In this document: positions 1 through 13,704 of the stretch, piece by piece
Layout of the letters: each line of letters starts with the position of its first letter
Numbering within the stretch: the stretch's first letter is position 1
Assembly (NCBI RefSeq): GCF_009914755.1
Contig: NC_060929.1
Origin: the human T2T-CHM13v2.0 reference genome, Homo sapiens
Reading direction: 5' to 3' (one strand)
Length of the DNA: 64,000 nucleotides
The notes under the pieces: model-generated
Told to the model about the DNA's origin: nothing
The model's input: the letters and a program-made list of their open reading frames with translations, nothing else
Databases searched by the model: none
Position numbers and translations under genes: made by a program

Positions 1-365
1 TGTTACAGACTGAATGTCTGTCTCTCCCACTCCAATTCATGTTTAAGCCCCAACCCACAATGTGATTGCATTTGGAGGCAGGGTCTTTTTTGGAAGTAAT
101 TAAGGTTAAATGAAGTCACAAGGGTGGGGCCCTAATCCAACAGGATTAGTGTCCTTATATGAATAGCAGAGAGCTCGTTCTCCTTCTGCCATGTGAGGAC
201 TCAGGGAGAAGATGGCTGCCCCAAGAGAGCCCCCCACCGGAAATCAACTTCTGCTAGACCTTGGTCTGGGACTTCTAGCCTCCAAAACTGTGAGAAAATA
301 AATCTCTGTTGTTTAAGCCACAGGGTCTATGGTAGTTTGTTATGGAAGTCTGAGCAGACTAATAT
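1..365 (+). mobile_element. MaLR solo LTR, MLT1A/MLT1A0-like (ERVL-MaLR)
   Basis: Starts TGTTACAGACTGAATGTCTG, contains GGGTGGGGCCCTAAT and GCCATGTGAGGAC, and ends CTGTGAGAAAATAAATCTCTGTTGTTTAAGCCAC...GACTAATA. These match recalled MLT1A-family hallmarks. Confidence 0.85.
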
Positions 366-3300
366 GAGCAGTTTAACATTAAATTAGGGATACAGTGGGG
401 GATAGGGTGGTTTTGAATTACATTGCTCTCAGTGACTTCAGATGTATATAAACATCAATAAAGAACAGCTAAGTAAAAATGGCCAGAAAGGAAGGGAGCA
501 AGGGGGAAGGAAGATGGCAGACTTATGCCACTACCAGCACTTCTCATGATACCCTGCACATGGGAGAGACTCAGCATCTACTTGCTGCTCTGAGCAAATG
601 GCTGCTCTGAGGCGAGAAGGCACACTATTTTTCTAAGTAAGCATAGTTTCAACTCTGAAATTAACTCATGGCACTACAAAAACGACTGTATTATCACCTG
701 GCAACTGTGTTATCTCGCTGTTTTAGCAAAGGCTTTTGCCCAGAGATAGAATGAAGGGTGTTACAGAAAAGTCACATATTCCATTTTACCTTTCCTTGAC
801 CCTGGAAATTAAAACAGAATATGCCACCACCCTTCAACAATTGTATTAAGTGCATTCTAGGGGCAAAAGAAACCACGAGGTACTTTGTTAACACCAGAAT
901 ACATGAAACTGTCATTTCATGCACACATTTATTGGTGGCCTGTGGTTTAGACTGGGGAACAAAGGTACTTCAGTTCATCACATAAAAATGGTTTTGCACT
1001 ACTTAGTATTATTATTTCCTCCCCACACTCATTAAAAGGATATCCATTCATACAGCTGGATCCTCTATTTACTTTTATAGCCTGGACCACAGAAAGATAT
1101 ATGCAAGAAAAATGCAATCATAAAAAATGAGAAACTAATTGCTCTATCCCAAGGAAACATAAGCGGGAGAAAGAAATAAACAATTCACCATTTATTTCTC
1201 AGAAATAAATCTAAGCACTTTAGAGGATTCTCAAGTACTACAATATTTCTACCTACTTAAATGCTTGTCTATCTCAATGACAGAGAATATAGTTGTTTTT
1301 CTTTTTCCACCTATCATCTTAATAAACTCTACTTTCAAAATGTCTACCTTGGAAAAGAACTATAGTTCAAAGCGAGTGCACATGATCTTCCTATTGAACT
1401 TTCAGAATTTTTGGTATTGCCAGAAGCTCTGAATGAGCCACTTGTGTGGACTGCAAGGTTTCTGAGGCAAGGTTAATGTCAAGACACAAAGACGATGAAA
1501 TAAGCAGATGATAATGGGCACTCCATACCCATGAAAACTCAGCACTGTCAGCTTTGAGAAGACAGGGTCACAACTTACTTTCTTCAGTACTCAGTAGTGC
1601 AATCCCAGATCCCAAAGTTTCACGACGTACACATTAACATTTTATTGCTGCTCACACTGTTCAAGGCAGACAGAAAGAGAGAATGTGAGCTGTTTTTGGT
1701 CACAAACTCAGTGTTGATGAGCTGGGTCAAAAAACAACACAGGATTTACAAAACCTATGGGAGATATTAAATGAGCCTGGGACTAAGCACAGAATCTGTA
1801 TGCTATGTGATGGTAAATGTTACTCTAATATAGCACGTCAATTGATTTATTTACAGAATAGGATAATTTTACTTGTTGATGTTTTAATTCAACATCTGGG
1901 TATCTACCTTGTACATGCCAAATATTTATCAAAATCATACCCCATTTTGCATGCTAAAAAAAAAACTTGGATTTTTTTTTTTTTTCAGTTCTACAAATAT
2001 AAAGTATTCCTTTCAACCCTCTCTCTGAGAAGTAAAGGCATAGGGTAAACAGGGATTTCACCTTGGTATATCTCAGATTTCTGGCTCAGGACACTCTGTA
2101 TCTGAGAAAGATTCACAACAGCCAAAACCAACTCAAGGATGTTTTTAAATCCAGTCATTAATTAAAAACCCTAAGTCATGGTCACTGAAAGTACTGGTTA
2201 CTATGGTTCTATAAACGTGATTAGGGAAAATAACATGACATGTGCTGGCCAGGTGAGCAGATTAGAAGCACAATCTACCAGGCTAATATAAAGAGTATAC
2301 CCACTCTTGGTGCTGTTAAACCTGCCCTGAAGCATGCACTAATATTCAGGGCTGGAGCAAGGAAGGATAGCGTCCTATCTGCAGAAACACCTTTTCCTTC
2401 CTTGTGTAGGCAGTGAAGCTGTGCTGGAATTGCATTTCCCACCATATAACTGGGACATGATCTGAAGCTTACATATACTTCAGTTTAGTTCTGAATCCTA
2501 AGAAGTTACAAATTATTCCAACTCACTAGAGGAAATGAAAATTAGGAGCTGTGGGAGGTGCCTATTGTTTTTCTGTTTTAGTTTAAATATGAATTTCTGG
2601 CATAAAAGCTGAAGAAATATACTTACATATGCATAGCACTTTCTGGTAGAACATTAAATTTAGTTTATTTTTTAAATAAGGGTGGTACCTTCTGAATATA
2701 ACTAATATCTCTAAAGATGTCAGAGATGTTTCCAAGTATATGGAAACATGAAATACTGCATTTCTTTGACAATTAGGACATTTAAAAATTTGTATCACAT
2801 GTGGAAAATTGTGTTGATTCTAATTATGAAAAAACTTACTGGACAACTCAAAATTAGACATATCACTCCTGATTTTCTTCGAATCTAAGAAATCCTCCTA
2901 CATAAAACTTTTGATAAAGGTTTTGACTCAACAACAGCTACAACCATCTTACTAGAGTTGAGAGCAACAAAATCCTAACTCACCACTCCTTGAAAACACC
3001 AGGTTATTTGCCTTTGTATTCTAGACCAATAACCTGGCTTTGTATCCTAGACACTACTGATGTTCACTAGTCTTAACCTACAGTAATTATATAAATATAC
3101 ACAGCATGCATGACATCAGCTTGCAAAGAGATGGCCTTTTTTTTTCCATTGATACTTAGTCTTAATAATTTCACAAGAACCCTACTTCGGAATCAAGACT
3201 ATAGAGAGATATACTAGTAAAATAAAGTTTGAGCCATCATCTTATCCAGCTGTTTCCTTTTAGAACTCTTAACTACCTAGTTTCTTTTTTTGAAAATCTC

Positions 3301-4577
3301 CAGGGGAGAATTTCATTCTAAAATAGTAGTTCTTTCCCAGGACCTATAGATGTCATTCAAAATTCAGTACATAAAGAAATTCTCTTTTCAAGGGCATCCA
3401 GCTTTCCAGTGTAGTTCAAAGCAATCCCCTCAACCCTGCCCTGTAAGAAGATTTGAGAGAAATGTATAGAAAATGTAGCTTATGTTTTCCTAGGAAAGTT
3501 GAGCTGATTGTATTATCAACTGTCTATTGCATTAGCAATTTCCAGCTGAATTACAAACTGTTTCCCTGCATTATATTGCTATTGTTCAATATCATTTTAT
3601 TGCCCTAATGAAACAAAGCTATATAATATAACCATAAAGTACTGATTACAGTTAACCATAATGGAAGCGAGCTAAGGAAAGCTCTATTTTTAAAATAAGC
3701 AAAGAAAAAGAAGAAATGCTGATACTCAGAAGACTTTTTTTTTTCTCTTTTTGGTTTTCTGGATTGGGATCAAAACAACGCTGACAAATTACTTCTTCTT
3801 TCTCTTCCAACAATACAGATGGTATTTCCCCCCAAGACAGAATTTCTAGAAAACTTCCCGAGGAGCGAAAGTTCCCCAGGTACTAAAAAAAAAAAAAAAA
3901 AAAAACCCTGTGTATTATAAATATGTCTTAAAAAGTACCTACCTCAAACCAGAGTATTCTCTTCATATCATGGAAGAAGATATCCAAATTTTCCCTGGGG
4001 TACAGGTTTCTCCCTGTCTGTAGATGAGCTCTTTGGAAAAGTACCATTATGAAACCATTAGGGGCATTGCTTATTGGCCTATATTAAATCGACCAGCAAC
4101 ACAAATGATTAGGATGCTGTGCTGGGCAGGAGGCTGCCCAAATAAGATGGCAAATCCATAGCTAAGGTTTCTGCCTTTTAGTAAAGGCAATGAAGATGAC
4201 TTGGCAGTTCCTTATATACCCAGCTCCTTTTCCATAGATAGAACCAGTAAACAAAGAGTTGGAAAGAACAGGCAAAAGAGAAATTTCTTGGGTGTTGCTA
4301 ATTAAATGATGACTATAAGCTGCAGTGCCAGGCACTTGCTGTCCTCTGACATGCATGCCAGACCCACTATACCCCCTCAAGAACAGCATAATTAGAGCAA
4401 GGGGGAACAGAGTATCATTCCCCAAGCATTTCTTGTGTTGAACTGGAGACAGTTAATGAAACTACTGTACAGTGCTGTAGTGGCAGATGATCTGTGACTG
4501 CCCTTTTTCTAGGCGCTTAAACTTTCAACATCTGAAAAATTCTTCTTGCCATTTCTTCAGTAGATATGGTGTAAATG

Positions 4578-4851
4578 CCACATGTTCTTACTCATAAGTG
4601 GGAATTGAACAATGAGAACACATGGACACAGGGAGGGGAACACTACACACTGGGGACTGTCGGGGGTTGGGTGAAAAGGGGAGGGAGAGCATTAGGAAAA
4701 GTACCTAATGCATGCAGTGCTTAAAACCTAGATATCAGGTTGATAGGTGCAGCAAACTACCATGGCACATGTATACGTATGTAACAAACCTGCACGTTCA
4801 GCACATGTATCCCAGAACTTAAAGTAAAATGTAATAAAATAAATTTCAAAA
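4578..4851 (+). mobile_element. L1PA (about L1PA7-8) 3' UTR fragment, 5'-truncated
   Basis: CATGTTCTTACTCATAAGTGGG...GGACACAGGGAGGGGAAC...ACATGTATCCCAGAACTTAAAGTA plus an A-rich tail; perfect 16-bp TSD AGATATGGTGTAAATG at 4562-4577 and 4852-4867. Confidence 0.93.
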
Positions 4852-5986
4852 AGATATGGTGTAAATGTAAAGTACACTTGAAATGCCTGAATGTCAAGAT
4901 CAGAGACTAGGTCCTCCAAGACAAACTCTGGTAATGGAACAATCCTTATTCTTCTAGAGATCTTTGGTGAGTATTCACATTATCTACGAGGAACGTGGAT
5001 GATAATATCATCCATGTGGACACAGCATGCTGAGTGCTACATACTATATTTGATGCACTGATCTGATGTAAGTGGTTCAGAACAGTTTCCGCAATGCTCA
5101 ATATACTTGCATTTTCTCATTTCTGCACCCCTGAAAAAAGCTAAAGATAAATCAGGGTGATATCTGTTAGACCTCTTTCAATAGTGTGTATTGCTTGAAA
5201 GATGAAAGAGAACATGCATTTATCTTTTCCTATTAGAGTGCTAATTTATGCAAGTTCATTTGCCTTTTGCATCTATTGATTGGATTCTTGTTGTCTCATC
5301 CCCTGTACTCCATTAGAATCCTCGCTGACTTAACAATAATGCAAAGGCAGACAAAATTTGTACAGATTTTTACATGCTCTTGCATCTATAGCCTATTTAA
5401 AAGTTTGCATAAGCAAGACAGTGTAAGTAGAAATTATGGGCAACATGAAAAAGTATTTCACATCATTGCATCAGAAAGAAAATCTCAGAGAAGATGAGAA
5501 TACTTAATGGTTGAACTTCTCTTTTCAATTTTAAATAGTCATGGCTGAACATTTGAAAAGAATCTTGTGCTTCAGGCATGCCGAAATTAAAATAGAAGCG
5601 CAATTTGAGATTACAGTTTATAAAACCAGTAAGCACAGCTGCTACATGTAGGACAGGAATGGCCCTCCTTTTCCAAATCCATTTGTGTAAGTCAAACTTA
5701 GAAGTAAAATTTTCTTTACTATGAAAACTGGCAAAAGGACACAGCCCTAGGAGAATAATTTTCAGACATGGTTTCCTATGTATTTGCTCCCAGACTCAAA
5801 GAATGCTTGATTTCCTGCTTCATTGGGAATATATATACATATTAATTAGTTTAAATGCTTACCGTTTATGGGGTCAAAATCTGATTTTAGTTCCAGGAAT
5901 AATGATAAAATAACTTATTTAATATTAAGTGACATAAAAGCTGATAATCATAGGACAAGAGTATAAAGATTGCCATTTAAAAAAAG

Positions 5987-6275
5987 TTTTTTGGAGATAG
6001 AGTCTCACTCTGTCAACCAGGCTGCAGTGCAGTGGTGTGATTTCGGCTCACTGCAACCTCCACCTCCTGAGTTCAAGTGATTTTTGTGCCTCAGCCTCCC
6101 GAGTAGCTTGGATTACAGGCATCCACCGTCACACTCGGCTAATTTTTATATTTTTAGTAGATACAGGGTTTTGCCATGTTGGTCAGGCTGGTCTTGAACT
6201 CCTGACCACAAGTGATCTGCCTGGCTGGGCCTCCCAAAGTGCTGGGATTACAGGTGTGAGCCACCACACCTGGCC
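5987..6275 (-). mobile_element. Alu (AluS-type, Sx/Sz-like)
   Basis: Full dimeric antisense Alu; TSD AAAGATTGCCATTT at 5965-5978 and 6278-6291. Confidence 0.95.
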
Positions 6276-6934
6276 TCAAAGATTGCCATTTGAGATATAA
6301 CTTTAAACCCCAAAGAGTATTTTAATGCACTTTGTACAGAGCACATATGTGCTCTATTGAAGGGTTTATAACTATTCCTTCTGGTTTTCACTTCACTATG
6401 TCCAAAAAGGAAGAGGGAAAATGTAAAAGTCCAGTGAGAATCTGATCTGTTCTCATCCTCCAAGTGATTTATGGCCTCAGAGATTTGACAATGGAGAAAT
6501 CGCAAGATGCTCACAAGTCACGAAAAGGGAGGCTTCTCAGCTTATTGAGGATGCTAGAGTTGTTCAGGCAGGGATGTTCGACAGAGGCAGAGGGACACCT
6601 AGCAGGTGTGGAGTTCAGCCACCCAGATCTCTCCAAGGATGGCTGCAAATAGCACAAGATGTCCACGAACACTAATAGGCGTCCTCTGAACCACTTGGGA
6701 GGTGTCACTAATAAAAAGTGGAAATCAAAATGGAAAGAAAATTTCACCTCTAATCCTTCTTGTGGCACCTGGCTTTTTCAGCACATATGGTACATAAAGT
6801 TTGTTAATGTCTGGTAGTTATCGAGTAAATCAGAGTTGATTAAAGATGTTTCAACTTTATCTTCATTTTTCAGACTTTATAGACATCCATCTGATAACTG
6901 AGAATAAACAACTATTTTATTGGTTGTGGCAGAC

Positions 6935-7200
6935 AGTTCAGGAAAGAGGTTAAGAGAAAGGAATACACAGTTGTCTGCCTATCTTCGAATCTGGGCTCTG
7001 CTGCTACTAACTGTGTAATCTTGGCACATTCCATGACCTCTCCACATCTCAGGTTCCTCACCTGTAACATCAGAACATAACACCTCACTCCTAGGACATG
7101 TTAGGATTAAATGTATAAACTAAATGAACAAATAAATGATGACTAAAAGTACAGTGCTTTGTACAGTGCCTGACAAATGATTAAGTGCTCAGTATGTATT
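6935..7200 (+). mobile_element. MIR SINE
   Basis: TTCGAATCTGGGCTCTGCTGCTACTAACTGTGTAATCTTGG...CTCAGGTTCCTCACCTGTAA...ACAGTGCCTGACAAATGATTAAGTGCTCAGTA follows the MIR core and tail. Confidence 0.75.
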
Positions 7201-7420
7201 AAAACAAAGTAAGAGGAATATATTCAATTATACTATTTATGGAACTTTTAGGGTATTATTTTTACCACTAAAATGAATTTTAATTATTTGAAAAGCATCC
7301 TGAGAATCTCAAAGATCCTGCAAAATAAAAATTTCAACAGTCATTATTACATATCTTGAGTAGGTAGAGTGTAATTTTTGTTTATGAAGAAAGGAAATGT
7401 GATTTCTAAAACTTTAGAAA

Positions 7421-7766
<346 letters not shown>

Positions 7767-8369
7767 TCAAGGGGACTGTCTATGCACTCACAAAGAAATC
7801 TCAGTCACCTTCTGGAAGCATGCAGGATATATAAATACACAAAGGAAGGGTGGGCAGTTGCCTCTGTGAGGTAATTCTGGGACACAAAGGCCATCTTTAA
7901 ACAAAACTGCCTTCTCAAAAGTGAATGTCAATCCTTAAATATGTGTAAAATGTTACTTTGCTTGGGAGGAAAATCTTACTTGCCAGCTAACGCATTAACA
8001 TATTTTCATCTCTCTGACCCATTAATACCTGTCACCCAGCAGAGTTAAGACCCCTGAGAGACTGGTGAACACAGTGGGTAAGTTTTTATGAGAAAGGGGC
8101 CTCAGGAAAGGGGAATCAGACTGAATGACAGAGGTACAGGGTGACAACAGAGGAACACTGAGACTTTGCAATTCTGCTGAGGTCAGCTCAAAAGACTAAG
8201 TGTCTTCCACTGCATTAGACTAAATGATGTTTCTCTACAGGAAGGCCTGTTTTAACTTAAACTTTAAAATTACGCATTTGAGCAATATGATATTCGACTG
8301 ACCCTCCAACCTTTCCTAATTTGATTGACTTTTCACATATTTATGTCCTGGCTCCCTTGTTAATTAAGT

Positions 8370-9200
8370 AATTCATTCAAGACAAGTATATTGATAGCCT
8401 CCTGTGGCTCAGGCTTTGTACTTAAAGGTGGAGAAACAGAAATGAACCAAGACATAGTCCTGCCCTGGAGAAACTGACAGTCTAGTGGGGAAGGCAGTCA
8501 TCCAAATACATCACTCCAATAAAGTGCTATAAATGTAAGAGAAACATCTACCAAATGCTGTAGAAAATAGTAAACAGCAAAAGACTTCAAAAGAGTTCAG
8601 AAAGACCATACAGAAGAGCCAGCACTTGCAGGATGGACGAAGGGGAGGGGGGCTTCTCAGGCAAGGCAAAATGTACAGACCCAAAGAAATGTGAAAGCAA
8701 GGACAGTGTTGACAGCAAATGAGACCACCAAAGGAGGTTAGAACCTTATTTTGAAAAAGGAGTTTGACAGGCAATTAAGAACAAGGGATTTTTTTTTTTC
8801 TTTTTATTTCCCCCCTCTGAGATGGAGTCTGGTTCTGTTGCCCAGGCTGGAGTGCAGTGGCACAATCTCAGCTCACTGCAACTTCCGCCTCCCGGGTTCA
8901 AGCGATTCTCTGCCTCAGCCTCCCGAGTAGCTGGGATTACAGGTGCCTGCCACCACGCCCGGCTAATTTTTGACTCCTAACCTCATGATCCACCCACCTC
9001 AGCCTCCCAAAGTGCTGGGATTATAGGCATGAGCCACTGCGCCCAGCCAAGAACAAGGGAAAATTTTTAAGAAGGTGCAGAACATGATTGGATTTGTATG
9101 TTAAAGTGATCACTCTGTTAGTCCTGGAGAAGACAGACTGGATGGAGAGAAAGCTCGAAGTAGTAAGATCATTAAGGAGTCTACTGCATTAGACCAGGCA
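8370..9200 (-). mobile_element. L2 fragment interrupted by an Alu
   Basis: ATTCATTCAA...GAACCAAGACATAGTCCTGCCCTGGAGAAACTGACAGTCTAGTGGGG is the antisense L2 3' end; L2-like sequence resumes after 9060 (ATGATTGGATTTGTATGTTAAAGTGATCACTCTG). Confidence 0.7.
8789..9048 (-). mobile_element. Alu (AluSg-like) with an internal deletion of about 50 bp
   Basis: Antisense Alu; junction GGCTAATTTTTG|ACTCCTAACCTCATGATCC at 8972/8973; TSD AAGAACAAGGGA at 8777-8788 and 9049-9060. Confidence 0.95.
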
Positions 9201-9501
9201 AACAAACACACAGACCTTGCCAGCTTCAGCTGAGAATTCCTTACTCCCTGGCACCTGCCAGTAAACTATTCACTTATTCTTCCATTAAACGACTATTTGT
9301 AGAGGCCCTATTGAATGCTAGATACTGGCACTGTGGAAAGCTACAAAATAATACACATAAAGGCTTCACTTCAGCTTCTTATGACTGCATAGACATGACA
9401 AGAGCCTAAAGTAGGTCATTTGTGGGCTTAAGGAAAAGGAGATGGACAAGAGAAAAGTTACACAGAGGGAGGAACATCAGAAGGTTAAAAATAATCCCCA
9501 G

Positions 9502-9892
<391 letters not shown>

Positions 9893-12519
9893 TTACATAT
9901 CACCATGAAGGGCAATGTGGGGTGGGTTGGAGTGGGGGTGAAGGTCTGAAAGAGTAGTGCATGTGAGGTTAAAGACCTGGGTTTAAATACTTCCCCTATA
10001 CCTCAGTTTTTAAATAAATAAATGAAAAATAAGGTGTCCTAAAGGTTCTATAACACTTTCAGTTTCACACATGGAACATGCAGAAAATAGTCACCACATA
10101 TTTGGTGACTGAATTATTTCAGAAGCCAAATGATACGATTTAGTGGAACACTGAGACTACGGCTAATTCTGCTCCTGGATTTCCATTCATCACATCAATT
10201 TCAACAAGTGAAGAGCAGCTATAACCAAATGGCTAAAGCTGGCAGAGTGTCCAACGCCTAGAGGCACAAGGAGGTCATAATGATTGTCTAGTGACTGGTA
10301 TGGAAGGGTGGAAGCCAAAAATATGGCTAAAACCATAAAAAAAAAAAAAATAAGGATTCTACTCTTCCCTGATGGTAAGTGGCAGAACTAGGGACACTTT
10401 AGGTGATGACAACTAATAGAAATGTCACCATCGATGAAAAGCTACAAGAGAAGATGTAGCTTATCACATCATCCCTCCCCGCCCCCCCAACTACACCTGC
10501 TCTGAACCCTTCCAACAGCCAAAGCAGCACAACAGGAAATGACAAGTATAATGATGAGAAAAACCAGTGAGGTCACCATTTAATAATTTTCCCCAAGTAT
10601 TTTCTGCACTGTTTCATGGAGTATTGTCACATCCAAAGTCCTTAAGAAGCTCTCTAAGTTCCAACATTCCTGACAGAGGAATATAAATAAATAACGTACA
10701 CTTAATCAAAATTGTTTTACACCTGCTCCTTCCTACTAAAAATGATAGAAAAGAAAACATCTGCATTACTGTCTCTGGAGAAGTAAACTTTTCCTCTTCC
10801 AAAGTCTTTTGAAGGGTAATGAGATGCCTTAAGTGCAGGGAAAATTTAAGATTTTGTCCAGGTCTGAAATTGTTGACAATATGTTAAGCAGACGGAGGTG
10901 ATTTCTTTTGTTTCTCTAACTTTCCCTTTTGGTTCTGATGAAGGAGATGCTGACATAAATGTTTTTGTTGTTTTGCATGGCAGATAGACTTGCACATCTC
11001 AAAGGGGAAGCAAATCATCTCCTTGCAAACGATGGGTTATTTTTGCCAAAAAATTTGTATTAACGACGGCAGAAAGCCGTGAAATATTTATATGCCTCGA
11101 CTTCCACATGAGAAGGAAGGAGGGGAGTTGTGAGAGAGGGAACGGGATATGCCACACAAAAATTTTTTGGTCATTTTGATTCACTGAAACAAAATGGCTT
11201 TTTAAGCACCCTGGGACCTCCACGTGTTTGTTTAGGATTCCAAAGGCAAAGTTTTTTTGCTCCTCTAGATGACAGCAAAATCTTCACTTCCTTGAAAACT
11301 GGTGCTATCAGCCTCATTGTGACAAGATTTAAGTAAAGCCACAGAACTGGAATTGTGAAATGCCTCCTGCCATGCTCCCTCTCTTCCCTTCTTTCTAAAT
11401 TAGTTTTGTCGACTAATATTTTCTCCTCCTAGTGTCCTTAAGCATGTGCAAAGCACTAATTCACACATAACATTCAAGAGCGCCTAATGCCTCAAAGTAT
11501 TGCTCAGTAACTCCAATGTTTTTTCTACTTTTGCTCCAAAAATTTTGCCTATAATTGATAAAAGCATGAAACACTGAGCAATTAGAGGGATAAGGGTGAA
11601 AGCCAGGGCACTGGATGTATGTGGTTCATCCACTAAATACGCCAACAAAGTATCCATTATTTCACATGAACCAGACTCTGTTTTGTAAGAGACGCTGGGG
11701 GTGTTTAGAATTCTAAAATTATATGGTATTGTTGAGGTCAGTCAGAAACCACTCAAACCAATGAGGATATGAGAGTTATGCTTATGTGTGGCAATTCAAA
11801 TGTAATATTAAAAAGTCACAGTGCTTTATCATTTATCCCATTTCTTAAGAGAACAAAGGCAATGATTCTGGAGGCTTTTCATTGTCTTTAGACAACTGCA
11901 AGAAACTGAGAGCTACGTGGTCTTGGCATTTGATCCTGAAGGTTAATCCCTTGGGAAGTCAGACAGCTTTCTTTGCAATGTCTAGAGGACCACACTATTC
12001 TATAGCATAAAAGCTGGAGGACTTACCAAGATGGAAAACGTTAAATATAGTTTATTAGACTATTAAAAGTTTATGACATCACTTCCCTATTCTCTGATAT
12101 TCATCAATAAATCCCCTTTGATCTCCACAGGAATCTCAGCGTAGCTTCTTGTACAGTAATACCTATGTACTCAAGCTTCAAAGATCCATTTACTTCACAT
12201 GTGTAATTTGCCCACTTATTCCTGCTGAGATAATACCCTTGGTTTAATTGCCCATAGAGCAACTGGATAAATCAACTACGTTGGTTTGTATTAGCTGTCT
12301 ATGCATATGTGTAAAGCAAAAATAAATAAATAAAAAGCAAGACTGTTCAAGTCATTAACTGCAAAAATTAGAATAAAAAATTTTTTCCTAAGAGCCACAA
12401 ATAGACTCAATCAGTATTTCTAAATTTTACAAAATGAAAAAAGTCCTTTAAAAATATACTTGGAGATATCAACTACTTCATTGTTTTGGAGGCAGAGAAT
12501 AAATAATCTCAATATACAT

Positions 12520-12620
12520 TTAGATAGATAGATAGATAATCTATAAAGAGAAAACGATGGTGAATAGATGAATGAATGAATGAATGAATAAGTGAAAACC
12601 TAAATGAATGAGTGAACAAA
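12520..12620 (+). repeat. (TAGA)n and (TGAA)n simple repeats, possibly an L2 tail remnant
   Basis: TAGATAGATAGATAGATA then GATGAATGAATGAATGAATGAATA. Confidence 0.75.
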
Positions 12621-12682
12621 TGCATAGAAAAAAGCATATAAATTAAACAAGCCTGGACCCACTTAAGAAATGTCAGACTTAT

Positions 12683-13317
12683 CAGGAAACAATAGGTACT
12701 GGAGAGGCTGTGGAGAAACAGGAAGGCTTTTCCACTGTTGGTAGGAGGGTAACTTAGTTCAACCATTGTGGAAGACAGTATGGCGATTCCTCAAGGACCT
12801 GGAACCAGAAATACCATTTGACCCAGCAATCCCATTACTGGGTATATACCCAAAGGGATATAAATCATTCTACTATAAAGACACATGTACACGTATGTTT
12901 ATTGTAGTACTATTTACAATAGCAAAGACATGGAACCAACTCAAAGGTCCATCAATGATAGACAGGATAAAGAAAATGTGGTACGTATATACCAAGGAAT
13001 ACTATGCAGCCATAAAAAGGAATGAGATCGTGTCCTTGATAAAGCTGGAAGCCATTATCCTCAGCAAACTAACACAGGAACAGAAAACTAAACAGCACAT
13101 ATTCTCACTCATAAGTAGGAGCTGAACATTGAGAACACATGGACACAGGGAGGGGAACAACACACACCAGGGCCTTTTACCGGGGTTGGGGGTGAGGGGA
13201 GGGAACTTAGAGGACGGGTCAATAGGTGCAGCAAACCACCATGGCACACGTATACCTATGTGACAAACCTGTACGTTCCGCACAAGTATCCCGTTTTTTT
13301 TCTTTCAGAAAAAAAAA
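12683..13317 (+). mobile_element. L1PA (L1PA8A/L1PA10-like) 3' fragment: ORF2 end plus 3' UTR
   Basis: L1 ORF2 C-terminal coding remnant, then 3' UTR GGGAGGGAACTTAGAGGACGGGTCAATAGGTGCAGCAAACC and an A tail; TSD core GTCAGACTTAT at 12672-12682 and 13318-13328. Confidence 0.93.
12766..13125 (+). pseudogene. Degenerate L1 ORF2p C-terminal remnant (non-functional)
   Basis: The translation WKTVWRFLKDLEPEIPFDPAIPLLGIYPK...CTRMFI...FTIAKTWNQ...IKKMWYVYTKEYYAAIK matches the L1 ORF2p C-terminus; the element is 5'-truncated. Confidence 0.9.
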
Positions 13318-13409
13318 GTCAGACTTATACAGCTGACATTAATTTACAGAAATTCAAGCCTATTTTCACTTAATAGTCAGCACTATGATGAAAGAAAAAT
13401 CTCTTTATA

Positions 13410-13704
13410 GGCTGGGCACAATGGCTCACGCCTGTAATCTCAGCACTTCGGGAGGCTGAGACTAGAGGATCACTTGAGCCCCGAAGTTTGAGACCAACCT
13501 GAGCAATACAGTGAAACCCCATCTCAAAAAAAAAAGTTAAAAAATTAGCCGGGGGTGGTGGTATGTATCTGTAGTCCCAGCTACTTGGAAGGGCTGAGGT
13601 GGGAGGACTGCTTGAGCCCAGGAGGTCAAGGCTGCAGTGAATCGTGATCGAGCCACTGTACTTACTCCAGCCTGGGCTCAGAATGAGACCCTGTCTCAGA
13701 AAAA
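13410..13704 (+). mobile_element. Alu (AluJ-type)
   Basis: GAGGATCACTTGAGCCC and GGAGGTCAAGGCTGCAGTGA diagnostics; diverged dimer. Confidence 0.93.

Noticed and set aside
12766-13125. 119-aa ORF as a functional gene
   Set aside because: It is the C-terminal remnant of L1 ORF2p in a 5'-truncated element with no promoter or true start.
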